This document shows, piece by piece, positions 9,440-17,730 of a stretch of DNA of 64,000 nucleotides. The stretch is from Pseudomonadota bacterium (GTDB lineage Bacteria > Pseudomonadota > Alphaproteobacteria > Rhodospirillales > Magnetospirillaceae). The first letter of the stretch is position 1. Every line of letters starts with the position of its first letter. Location: contig JAJXWP010000013.1 in assembly GCA_021781575.1 (NCBI GenBank), positions 21,257 to 85,256 of the forward strand, in the 5' to 3' direction. Under the pieces are notes generated by a model, which was not told the origin of the DNA, ran no database searches, and saw nothing but the letters and a program-made list of their open reading frames with translations. Made by a program: the position numbers and the translations under genes.

Positions 9440-10285
9440 ATGAGACTGTCGCGAAGGGAAGTGATCGGGGGATTGGCTGGCCTGGCCGCCGTGATGCCGC
9501 TGGCCGGGTGCGCCGGGCAGGTGCCGGGCCGACCGCGCGCAACCGCCGGCCCGGTGATGAACCCAGGCGATTACGGTCTCGACGCGGTCATCGACATCAA
9601 CCACAACGACATCGTCACCGATTTCATTACTGCCCGCCTGTCGGGCAACGTGAGGGGCGTGGTCCATAAGGCCAGCGAGGGCAACGACTGGTTCGATCCG
9701 CTTTACCAGCAGCGCCGGCAGGAGGCCGAAGCGGCAGGGTTGCTTTGGGGCGCCTACCATTTCGGTACCCGTCAGCACTCCGGAGCCGAGCAGGCGGCGG
9801 CCTTCCTGACGGCGGCTCAACCTGGCCCGGCAACCCTGCTCGCCCTCGATCTGGAACTGAACGAGCGGATTCCCTCCAACTCCATGACCCTGCTGCAGGC
9901 CGAGGACTTCGTCGCCGCCGTCCTCATGGCCACCGGGCGCTTGCCGATGCTTTACGTGCGGCCGGCCTGGGCCGACGGGGACCCGCTTCCCGGCACCGGG
10001 TACAGCCTGGGCGGCGCCATCGGCCCCAATTCGGTTCTGGCGCAATGCGATCTGTGGCTGGCCGATTATCGCGTCGATCCGGAGTTGCCACGCAGTTGGG
10101 CGGCCCGGGGCTGGCGCCTGTGGCAATACGCCGGCGATTCCGGCGCCGAGGGCAGCGGTCCCTTCGGCCCCCTGGCGCATGCCGTCGCCGGCGTCGACCG
10201 CTGCGACCGCAATCTGTTCCGCGGCGACTGGCCGGCCCTCGCCAGCTTTTGGGCCGGTGCGGCAGGCGTATCCAGCGCCGGGTGA
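9440..10285 (+). CDS. Glycoside hydrolase family 25 muramidase, predicted Tat-type signal plus lipobox
   Basis: Track ORF 9422..10285. Start preferred at ATG 9440 (GGAGGA 6 nt upstream): MRLSRREVIGGLAGLAAVMPLAGCAG.. GH25 pattern ..VIDINHND..VHKASEGNDWFDP..AGLLWGAYHF..LALDLEL.. Confidence 0.85.
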   Translation: MRLSRREVIGGLAGLAAVMPLAGCAGQVPGRPRATAGPVMNPGDYGLDAVIDINHNDIVTDFITARLSGNVRGVVHKASEGNDWFDPLYQQRRQEAEAAGLLWGAYHFGTRQHSGAEQAAAFLTAAQPGPATLLALDLELNERIPSNSMTLLQAEDFVAAVLMATGRLPMLYVRPAWADGDPLPGTGYSLGGAIGPNSVLAQCDLWLADYRVDPELPRSWAARGWRLWQYAGDSGAEGSGPFGPLAHAVAGVDRCDRNLFRGDWPALASFWAGAAGVSSAG

Positions 10286-10358
10286 TCACCTGTGGAGTGC
10301 TTACCATATATGCTTTTCCGGTTGGCCTGCCGGATGGAACATATATAGTACGGACATC

Positions 10359-12641
10359 ATGCCCGACCCTTTCGACCTGGATGACGACGCCCCCGAACCA
10401 CCCCGCCACCCGGTGGCCGCGCCGCGGCCGGCTGCGGCCGCTCCCTGGCTGAATGAGCTGAACGCCGAACAGCGCCAGGCCGTCGAGACCACCGAAGGGC
10501 CGGTCCTGGTGCTGTCCGGCGCCGGCACCGGCAAGACGCGGGTGCTGACCATGCGTCTCGCCCACATCCTGCTGAGCGGACGAGCCCGGCCATGGAATCT
10601 GCTGGCGGTGACCTTCACCAACAAGGCGGCACGGGAAATGCGTGAGCGGGTGGCGACGCTGGTCGGCCCGGCCGCCGAACAGTGTTGGCTGGGTACGTTC
10701 CATGCCCTGGGAGTGCGCATGTTGCGCCGCCATGCGCCGCTGGTCGGCCTGGAGAGCAACTTCACCATCCTCGACACCGACGACCAGTTGCGCCTGTTGA
10801 AGCAGATCATGGAGGCCGAGCGGGTCGACGCAAAGAAATGGCCGGCCCAGGCTCTGATGGGCACCATCCAGCGATGGAAGGATCGGGGCTTGAGCCCCTT
10901 GCGGGTCGGCGGCGGCGACGCCGGCGATATGGCGGGCGGGCGGGCGGCAGAGCTCTACCACCTCTACCAGGACCGGCTCAGGACGCTGAACGCTTGCGAC
11001 TTCGGCGACCTGCTGCTGCACTGCCTGACCATCTTCCAGGATCCCTCCCAGGCCGATGTGCTTGCCGGCTATCAGGAACAGCTGCGCTACATCCTGGTCG
11101 ACGAGTACCAGGACACCAACGTCGCTCAATATCTGTGGTTGCGGCTGCTGGCTCAGAAGCACAAGAACATCTGCTGCGTCGGCGATGACGATCAGTCGAT
11201 CTATTCCTGGCGCGGCGCCGAGGTCGGCAACATCCTGCGTTTCGAGCGGGATTTCCCCGGCGCCGCGGTGATCCGGCTCGAAGCCAACTACCGGTCGACC
11301 CCGGCCATCCTGGCCGCCGCCGCCGGTCTGATCCGCCACAACGAAGGACGGCTCGGCAAGACTTTGCGGCCGGGCCGCCAGGATGCCGAGGCTGGCTCTC
11401 CCATCGTGGTGCGCGGCCTGTGGGACGGCGAGGAAGAGGCGCGCTGGGTGGTCGAGGAGATCGAGGCACAGCAGCGCGCCGGCATTCACCTTGGACAAAT
11501 GGCCATCCTGGTGCGCGCCGGCTTCCAGACCCGCGAATTCGAAGAACGGCTGATCACCACGGGCGTCCCCTACAAGGTGGTGGGTGGCTTGCGCTTCTAT
11601 GAGCGGCAGGAAATCCGCGACGCGCTGGCTTATTTCCGGGTGGTCATGCAACCGGCCGACGATCTTGCCTTCGAACGCATCGTCAACGTGCCGAAGCGCA
11701 GACTGGGCGATGCCACCCTGCAGGCCATCCATGTGCTGGCGCGCCGCCAGGGGGTCGGCCTGGTGGCCGCGGCCCGCCAACTGATCCAGACCGACGAACT
11801 GAAGCCGAGGGCGCGCGCCGTTCTTGCCGGCCTGCTGAGTGATTTCGATCGATGGCGAGGGCTGGTCGAGGGCGTGCCCCACCCCGAGCTGGCGGCGACC
11901 ATCCTGGATGAATCGGGCTACACCGGCATGTGGCAACAGGAAAAGACGCCCGACGCCCAGGGGCGCCTGGAAAACCTCAAGGAACTGGTCGCCGCTCTCG
12001 AAGAGTTCGACAGCTTGGCAGGCTTCCTCGAACACGTCAGCCTGGTCATGGAGAACGACGAGAAAAGCGACGCCGAACGGGTCAGCATCATGACCTTGCA
12101 CGCCGCCAAAGGCTTGGAGTTCGACGTGGTATTCCTGCCCGGCTGGGAGGAAGGTGTGTTCCCCCACCAGCGGGCGATGGCCGAATCGGGCGCCAAGGGC
12201 CTCGAGGAGGAACGCCGTCTGGCTTATGTCGGGGTGACCCGGGCAAGGCGACGAGTATTTGTCTCCTACGCCGCCAACCGGCGCATCTACAATCAGTGGC
12301 AGAGCAGCCTGCCGTCGCGCTTCGTCGAGGAACTGCCGGCCGAGACGGTGGAACGCCTGGCTGAACAAGGCCTGTTCGGCGGCGTCGCCGATTCTGCGGC
12401 AGCCTGGGCTGCCAATTGGAGCAGCGGCTATCTCACCCAGCGGCGGCGCGAACATCCGCCCGAAGCCATCGGCCCGGTGGAGAGCGGCACGCCGGAAGGC
12501 GGTTTCTCCCCGGGCGACCGCGTCTTCCACCAGAAGTTCGGCTATGGCCGGGTGCTCGCCGTCGACGGCAACAAGCTGGAAATCGGCTTCGACAAGGCCG
12601 GGGCGAAGAAAGTCATCGACAGTTTCGTCGCTCTGGCCTAG
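10359..12641 (+). CDS. uvrD: ATP-dependent DNA helicase UvrD/PcrA family
   Basis: Track ORF 10179..12641. Start at MPDPFDLDDD (ATG 10359). Walker A VLSGAGTGKTRVLT, motif ..ILVDEYQDTN.., ..LHAAKGLEFDVVFL.. Confidence 0.93.
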   Translation: MPDPFDLDDDAPEPPRHPVAAPRPAAAAPWLNELNAEQRQAVETTEGPVLVLSGAGTGKTRVLTMRLAHILLSGRARPWNLLAVTFTNKAAREMRERVATLVGPAAEQCWLGTFHALGVRMLRRHAPLVGLESNFTILDTDDQLRLLKQIMEAERVDAKKWPAQALMGTIQRWKDRGLSPLRVGGGDAGDMAGGRAAELYHLYQDRLRTLNACDFGDLLLHCLTIFQDPSQADVLAGYQEQLRYILVDEYQDTNVAQYLWLRLLAQKHKNICCVGDDDQSIYSWRGAEVGNILRFERDFPGAAVIRLEANYRSTPAILAAAAGLIRHNEGRLGKTLRPGRQDAEAGSPIVVRGLWDGEEEARWVVEEIEAQQRAGIHLGQMAILVRAGFQTREFEERLITTGVPYKVVGGLRFYERQEIRDALAYFRVVMQPADDLAFERIVNVPKRRLGDATLQAIHVLARRQGVGLVAAARQLIQTDELKPRARAVLAGLLSDFDRWRGLVEGVPHPELAATILDESGYTGMWQQEKTPDAQGRLENLKELVAALEEFDSLAGFLEHVSLVMENDEKSDAERVSIMTLHAAKGLEFDVVFLPGWEEGVFPHQRAMAESGAKGLEEERRLAYVGVTRARRRVFVSYAANRRIYNQWQSSLPSRFVEELPAETVERLAEQGLFGGVADSAAAWAANWSSGYLTQRRREHPPEAIGPVESGTPEGGFSPGDRVFHQKFGYGRVLAVDGNKLEIGFDKAGAKKVIDSFVALA

Positions 12642-12753
12642 GAGCATCTGCGCGCCTGTCATCCCGACAGAGCGCAGCGACGAGGTGTGTCAGCCTGCCT
12701 CGGTCGCCGAGCCCCCTCACCTTCGTTCGGGATGACACCGTGCAGCATCGCCC

Positions 12754-13674
12754 ATGACCAAATCCCATCCCACCATTTGGCGCGTCGCAATCACCGTGCC
12801 GCTGCCCGCCGTCGAGGCTTGCGAAAAGGTCATGGAGACCGTCACCGACGCGGTCTCGTGGTTTCTCGAAGATCCGGCCGCCGACGAAACCGACGCGAAG
12901 ACCCTCTGGCGGCTGGAAGGCTTCGCCAAAACGCCGGTCGACCGCACGGCGCTGGACGCCGCGCTGGCCGTGGCCGCGGCAGCCATAGGCATCGAGCCGC
13001 CGCGGGTGACCGTCGAACAGGTTCCGGATACCGACTGGGTAGCGGCCAACTTGCGCGACTTCCCGCCGATCGCGGCGGGGCGCTTCTTCATCCACGGCTC
13101 GCATTTCGCCGATCGACCGCCGGCCGGCAAGGTGGCGTTGCAGATCGATGCCGGCGCCGCCTTCGGTTCGGGCGAACACGCCACCACCCTCGGCTGCCTG
13201 CTGGCACTCGACCGGCTGCTGCGCCGCCGGCACTTCCGCCGCCCCCTCGATCTGGGCTGCGGCTCGGGCATCCTTGGGCTGGCCGTGGCCAAACTTGGCG
13301 GTACAAAGGTGCTGGCCGCCGACATCGACCCGGTCTCGGTGCGCGTCGCCACAGCCAATGCCCGCCGCAACGGCGCCGCCCGCCTGGTCCGCTGCCTGCC
13401 GAGCGATGGCTACCGCAGCCGTGGTATCGCCCGATGCCGGCCCTTCGATCTGATCGTCGCCAATATTCTGGCTCGCCCGCTGGCCGCCATGGCCGCCGAC
13501 CTCGCCAGCCATTTGAGCGACAATGGCATCGCCGTGCTGTCCGGCCTGTTGGTCCGGCAGGAGCGGCTGGTCCTGGCGGCGCACCGCATGCAAGGCCTGT
13601 CTCTGCTGGGCCGCTTCCGCATCGGCGACTGGTCGACTCTGGTCCTGGCCCGCTCGCCGCGAGCCAGGCTGTAG
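12754..13674 (+). CDS. prmA: Ribosomal protein L11 methyltransferase
   Basis: 306 aa. ..FGSGEHATTLGCL.. and SAM motif LDLGCGSGILG. Confidence 0.92.
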   Translation: MTKSHPTIWRVAITVPLPAVEACEKVMETVTDAVSWFLEDPAADETDAKTLWRLEGFAKTPVDRTALDAALAVAAAAIGIEPPRVTVEQVPDTDWVAANLRDFPPIAAGRFFIHGSHFADRPPAGKVALQIDAGAAFGSGEHATTLGCLLALDRLLRRRHFRRPLDLGCGSGILGLAVAKLGGTKVLAADIDPVSVRVATANARRNGAARLVRCLPSDGYRSRGIARCRPFDLIVANILARPLAAMAADLASHLSDNGIAVLSGLLVRQERLVLAAHRMQGLSLLGRFRIGDWSTLVLARSPRARL

Positions 13675-13728
13675 ACTGGTCGACTTGCCTCGAAAGGCTG
13701 CAACACCTAACTAGGTCTATCATAGACC

Positions 13729-13764
13729 CTCGCCGGGCGGGCGCGGCTGCGCCCGCCCGGCGAG
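13729..13764 (+). terminator. 16-bp perfect GC stem-loop downstream of prmA (terminator-like / REP-like)
   Basis: ctcgccgggcgggcgc-ggct-gcgcccgcccggcgag. There is no U-tract (followed by cggcaaaaac). It is preceded by the small palindrome ggtcta-tca-tagacc (13713-13727). Confidence 0.45.
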
Positions 13765-13805
13765 CGGCAAAAACAAAGGCCATGAAATAGGACCAGAGGG
13801 GCGGC

Positions 13806-15620
13806 ATGGGACGGGCAGAAACCGCAGACACGATGACCTCGGACACCCCCCGGGCTGCACATCCGGAGCTATTGCGCCGAGAACTGAAGCGCCGCGACTT
13901 GGATGGCTTCGTGGTTCCGCGCAGCGATGAGCATCAGGGGGAATACGTGCCGCCGTCGGCCCAGCGGCTGGCTTGGTTGACCGGGTTCACCGGGTCGGCC
14001 GGGGTCGCCGTGATCCTGGCGGATCAGGCTGCCCTGTTCGTCGACGGCCGCTATACCCTGCAGGCCGAGGCCGAAGTGGACCTCGAGCGGTTCCGGCTGC
14101 TTCACCTGGTCGATCATCCGCCCCATCGGTGGTTGGCCGAGACCTTGGCCACCGGCACTCGGCTCGGTTACGATCCCTGGCTGCACACGCCCACCGGCGT
14201 CGACCAGTTGCGCCAGGCTTGCGACAAGGCCGGAGCCGCCCTGGTCTCCTGTGCCGACAATCCGATCGACGCGGTGTGGATCGACCGCCCCGAACCTCCC
14301 GCCGCTCCGGTTGTTGTCCATCCGCTTCGCTTTGCCGGCAAGAGCGCCGACGACAAGCGCCTCGAACTGGGCGCCGCATTGGCCGCCGAAAGACTGGACG
14401 CGGCGCTGCTGTCCGCGCCTGATTCCATCGCCTGGCTGCTCAACCTGAGAGGCGGGGACCTGCCGTTCACACCTCTGCCCCTGGCCTTCGCGCTGGCCCA
14501 TGCCGACACCAGCCTCGATCTGTTCATCGACCCGCGCAAGCTGTCCCCCGAGATCGAAGACCATCTGGGAGCGGCGGTGCGCTTGCACCGCAGCAACGCG
14601 CTGGCGACGGCCCTCGACGGCCTGGCCGGCAAACGGGTGCGGCTTGACGCGGCAACGGCCCCGGCTTGGGCGTTCGACAGGTTACAGGCGGCCGGCGCCC
14701 AGGCGGATCGGGGTGCCGATCCTTGCGCCCTACCCAAGGCCTGCAAGAACCCCGTGGAACTGGAGGGGGCGCGCAACGCCCACCGCCGCGACGGCGTGGC
14801 TCTCAGCCGCTTTCTCGCCTGGCTGGCCACCACTGCGCCCACCAGGGGTCTGACCGAACTGGAAGCCGCCGATCAGTTGGAACACTTCCGCAGGGACGGC
14901 CAATTTTATCGCGAGCCCAGCTTCCCGACCATCTCGGGTGCGGGGCCGAACGGCGCCATCGTGCATTACCGTTCCACCGCGACGACGAACCGGCGGCTGG
15001 AGCCGGGGCAGCTATACCTGGTGGATTCGGGCGGACAATATCTGGACGGCACCACCGATGTGACTCGCACCGTCGCCATCGGACCGGCCGGGGCGGAAGA
15101 GCGGAGACGCTTCACCCTGGTGCTGAAAGGCCATATCGCCCTGGCGGCCGCCCGTTTCCCGCAGGGCACAACAGGCAGTCAACTCGACTCCCTGGCGCGC
15201 CGGGCGCTGTGGGCCGAGGGCCTTGACTACGATCATGGTACCGGCCACGGGGTGGGCAGCTATTTGAGCGTTCACGAAGGTCCGCAGCGGATATCCAAAT
15301 TGCCCAACACCCAGGAGCTGCTGCCCGGCATGATCCTGTCGGACGAACCGGGATACTATAAGGCTGGCGCCTACGGCATCCGCATCGAGAACCTGCTGGC
15401 GGTACGCAGCTCGGCCGGCGTGGCCGAACGGCCGATGCTGGAGTTCGAGGTATTGACCCTCGCCCCCATCGACCTCGCCCTGGTCGATCCCTCCCTGCTC
15501 GATGAAGCCGAAAGGGCTTGGTTCAATGCCTATCACGCCCGGGTGCGCGAACTCCTGACGCCCAGGGTCGATGCCCCGACGGCGGCCTGGCTGGCCCAGG
15601 CGACGCGGGAGATCCGATAA
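13806..15620 (+). CDS. Aminopeptidase P family (M24B Xaa-Pro aminopeptidase)
   Basis: 604 aa. ..DSGGQYLDGTTDVTRT.., ..HGTGHGVGSYLSVHEGP.., ..SDEPGYY.. metal-ligand pattern of the M24 family. Confidence 0.9.
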   Translation: MGRAETADTMTSDTPRAAHPELLRRELKRRDLDGFVVPRSDEHQGEYVPPSAQRLAWLTGFTGSAGVAVILADQAALFVDGRYTLQAEAEVDLERFRLLHLVDHPPHRWLAETLATGTRLGYDPWLHTPTGVDQLRQACDKAGAALVSCADNPIDAVWIDRPEPPAAPVVVHPLRFAGKSADDKRLELGAALAAERLDAALLSAPDSIAWLLNLRGGDLPFTPLPLAFALAHADTSLDLFIDPRKLSPEIEDHLGAAVRLHRSNALATALDGLAGKRVRLDAATAPAWAFDRLQAAGAQADRGADPCALPKACKNPVELEGARNAHRRDGVALSRFLAWLATTAPTRGLTELEAADQLEHFRRDGQFYREPSFPTISGAGPNGAIVHYRSTATTNRRLEPGQLYLVDSGGQYLDGTTDVTRTVAIGPAGAEERRRFTLVLKGHIALAAARFPQGTTGSQLDSLARRALWAEGLDYDHGTGHGVGSYLSVHEGPQRISKLPNTQELLPGMILSDEPGYYKAGAYGIRIENLLAVRSSAGVAERPMLEFEVLTLAPIDLALVDPSLLDEAERAWFNAYHARVRELLTPRVDAPTAAWLAQATREIR

Positions 15621-15628
15621 CGCCGGTG

Positions 15629-17401
15629 TTACCGTCCCTCGCGGTCGGCCCAGTCGGGCATGGCGACCTTGCGCTCGCCGCGAGCCTTGTTGAGACGCTG
15701 CACATGGGCCAGGTTCTTTTCGGCCACCGCGGCCTGGCGCACCAGGCCAAATTGACGATACACCTCGAGGGCCCCGGTGAAGCAGCCCACGGCCTCGTCC
15801 AGGTGCTCGGTCGTCTTGCTGTGCTTGTCCAGTAGGAACAGGGCGGTGCCCAGGGTATTCTGGCTGGCCGCCCAGCCCAGCGGCGTCCGGCTGCGGGGCC
15901 GGAACTCCAGCGCGGCGCGGCAGGCGTCAATGGCCCGCTCCAGAACTTCCGCGCTTTTCACCTGATCGCCATAGACCTGCAGGGCGCCAGCCAGGTTGTT
16001 CATCACATCGGCCCAGCGTTGCGGCGCCTCCATGCGGGTGAAGACCTGAAGTGCGGCCTGGAAGGCGCTCATCGCCTCCTTCAGCAGGTCGGTCCGCCCG
16101 GTCAGCAGGTCCAACTTGTAAAGGGCGAGGCCGAGGCGGTTCTGGGCGCCGCCCCATTCCTGCGGGTAGACCGACTTGACCAGGCACTCGGCCGAAGCGC
16201 GGAACTCGCCCACCGCCTGCTCCAGCAATTCCGGCGACTGATTGCGATCGGCGGCGGCCTGCAGCACACCGCCCATATGTTTGCGCAGCTGCGCCTCCTC
16301 GAGGCCGTGCTCACTCTGCCCCAGGCGCAGGATTGCCGCGCCATAGGCCTCGGCTGCACGGGCATGCCATTGGGCATCGCCCTCGAGTACGGCGATGGTG
16401 GCCGCGGCGTGACCGTAGCAGGTCAGCGCGCTGCGCTGCTGCTCCAGGTTCCACGCCACCGGTAATCCGCCGACGAACCCGGGCAAAGCCGCCTCGGCCT
16501 GTGGCAGCAGCCGGCGCTGCAAATTGCGCTGGTCGTCGTTGGCCGGTTCGATGGCGGCCAGCACCGCCAGATAAAGCAGGTCTCCGACCGGCGGCTCCAG
16601 GTCGCCGGCCAGTTCCAGCTTGAGATACAGGCTGAACCCACCTGGGCGGTCCTCGTCGACCACTCCATTGGCACTGAACCACAGAGAAAAGCCGTCCGCA
16701 TGCACATCGCCCCAGATGAGCAGATCGAGGGTTTCGTCCTTGGCCAGCATCTGGCGCGCTTTGACCGCAACGGCGTTGATCTGGGCCTGGTCGGCCCCGG
16801 GTTCCAATTGAAGAGCCGCCGGCAGGCTGCGCACGGCTATCCCCTGGCGGCCTTCCAACAGGCCCGCCAATGCCCGCGTCCACGCCCCCTCGATGTCGTT
16901 GTTGACCGTCGCCACTCCGATGATCAGCGGTTTGATCGACAGGCTTCCGTCGCTCTCGGCCGTCGGGCGCCGGAGCCTCCGTAGCCAGGCCAGCATCACG
17001 CCAAAGGGATTCCGGCGCGCCGTCGGCGGCGTGTAGCTCTGCGAGCCCTGCTGCCCGGCAATGATGGCATCGGCCATCCGCAACCGCTCCACCAGCATGC
17101 CGACCACCCGCAAGGCAGCTCCCGGCTCGTCCTGCAGCCAGTTCTTGAATTCCTCCCTGGCGATGATCTTGACCCGTGTCTTCTCGGCGGCCCGCGCGCT
17201 GGCGCTACGCGGAGCGTCGTCGAACAGCCCCATCTCGCCGAACATCTCGGTCGGTCCCAGCATGGCCAGCAGGACCGGCCCATCGGGCCCCAATTTGGAC
17301 AGCTCGACGCGGCCGCTCACCACCACATAGGCGGCGTCGCTGGGATCGCCTTCCCGGAAAATGAGCTCATTCCTACCGTAAGTTCGTTCGCCCGCGTTCA
17401 C
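15629..17401 (-). CDS. Cyclic-nucleotide-binding domain protein with central unknown alpha/beta-like region and C-terminal ~47-residue TPR-like repeats
   Basis: 590 aa, GTG start 17401-17399. N-terminal cNMP fold with phosphate-binding cassette FGEMGLFDDAPRSASARA. C-terminal repeats of the form W....N.LG.AL... (EWGGAQNRLGLALYK.., RWADVMNNLAGALQV.., GWAASQNTLGTALFL..). No P-loop seen. Confidence 0.85.
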   Translation of the reverse strand: MNAGERTYGRNELIFREGDPSDAAYVVVSGRVELSKLGPDGPVLLAMLGPTEMFGEMGLFDDAPRSASARAAEKTRVKIIAREEFKNWLQDEPGAALRVVGMLVERLRMADAIIAGQQGSQSYTPPTARRNPFGVMLAWLRRLRRPTAESDGSLSIKPLIIGVATVNNDIEGAWTRALAGLLEGRQGIAVRSLPAALQLEPGADQAQINAVAVKARQMLAKDETLDLLIWGDVHADGFSLWFSANGVVDEDRPGGFSLYLKLELAGDLEPPVGDLLYLAVLAAIEPANDDQRNLQRRLLPQAEAALPGFVGGLPVAWNLEQQRSALTCYGHAAATIAVLEGDAQWHARAAEAYGAAILRLGQSEHGLEEAQLRKHMGGVLQAAADRNQSPELLEQAVGEFRASAECLVKSVYPQEWGGAQNRLGLALYKLDLLTGRTDLLKEAMSAFQAALQVFTRMEAPQRWADVMNNLAGALQVYGDQVKSAEVLERAIDACRAALEFRPRSRTPLGWAASQNTLGTALFLLDKHSKTTEHLDEAVGCFTGALEVYRQFGLVRQAAVAEKNLAHVQRLNKARGERKVAMPDWADREGR

Positions 17402-17487
17402 CGGTTACCCCCAAAATGCGAGGAATACGGTAAGTCAATCACGCGATTAGGCGCAACGACGGAAAGGTTCCGAGCACCACCGCCGCA

Positions 17488-17509
17488 GGGCAAGCGCTGG
17501 GCAAGCGCT
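17488..17509 (+). repeat. Tandem 11-mer GGGCAAGCGCT x2 forming an AAGCGCT/AGCGCTT stem followed by TTTT
   Basis: gggcaagcgct gggcaagcgct tttcg. The self-complementary AGCGCT cores can pair (7 bp, 5-nt loop). Confidence 0.4.
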
Positions 17510-17730
17510 TTTCGCCGGCCGTCGACTGGGCTATTCTGTCGTTGAACGGGAATTCAGAGAGTGGCCTAGTGCAGTGACTCATTCAAAAGGTTCACTGCAC
17601 CAAGTCTATCAAAGACCCTCGCCCGGCGAGGGTCAAAAACCAAGGCTGATTTTCATCACTAGGAATATTTCCTCGTTCCAACACGCTAAAGGCTTGGCGA
17701 ACGCCGGCTGGACCTGCAGGGGGAGAACCA

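Noticed and set aside
17488-17509. Tandem 11-mer considered as a possible mini CRISPR/VNTR
   Set aside because: There are only two copies, no spacers and no cas genes in the window, so it is better explained as a small hairpin-forming duplication.
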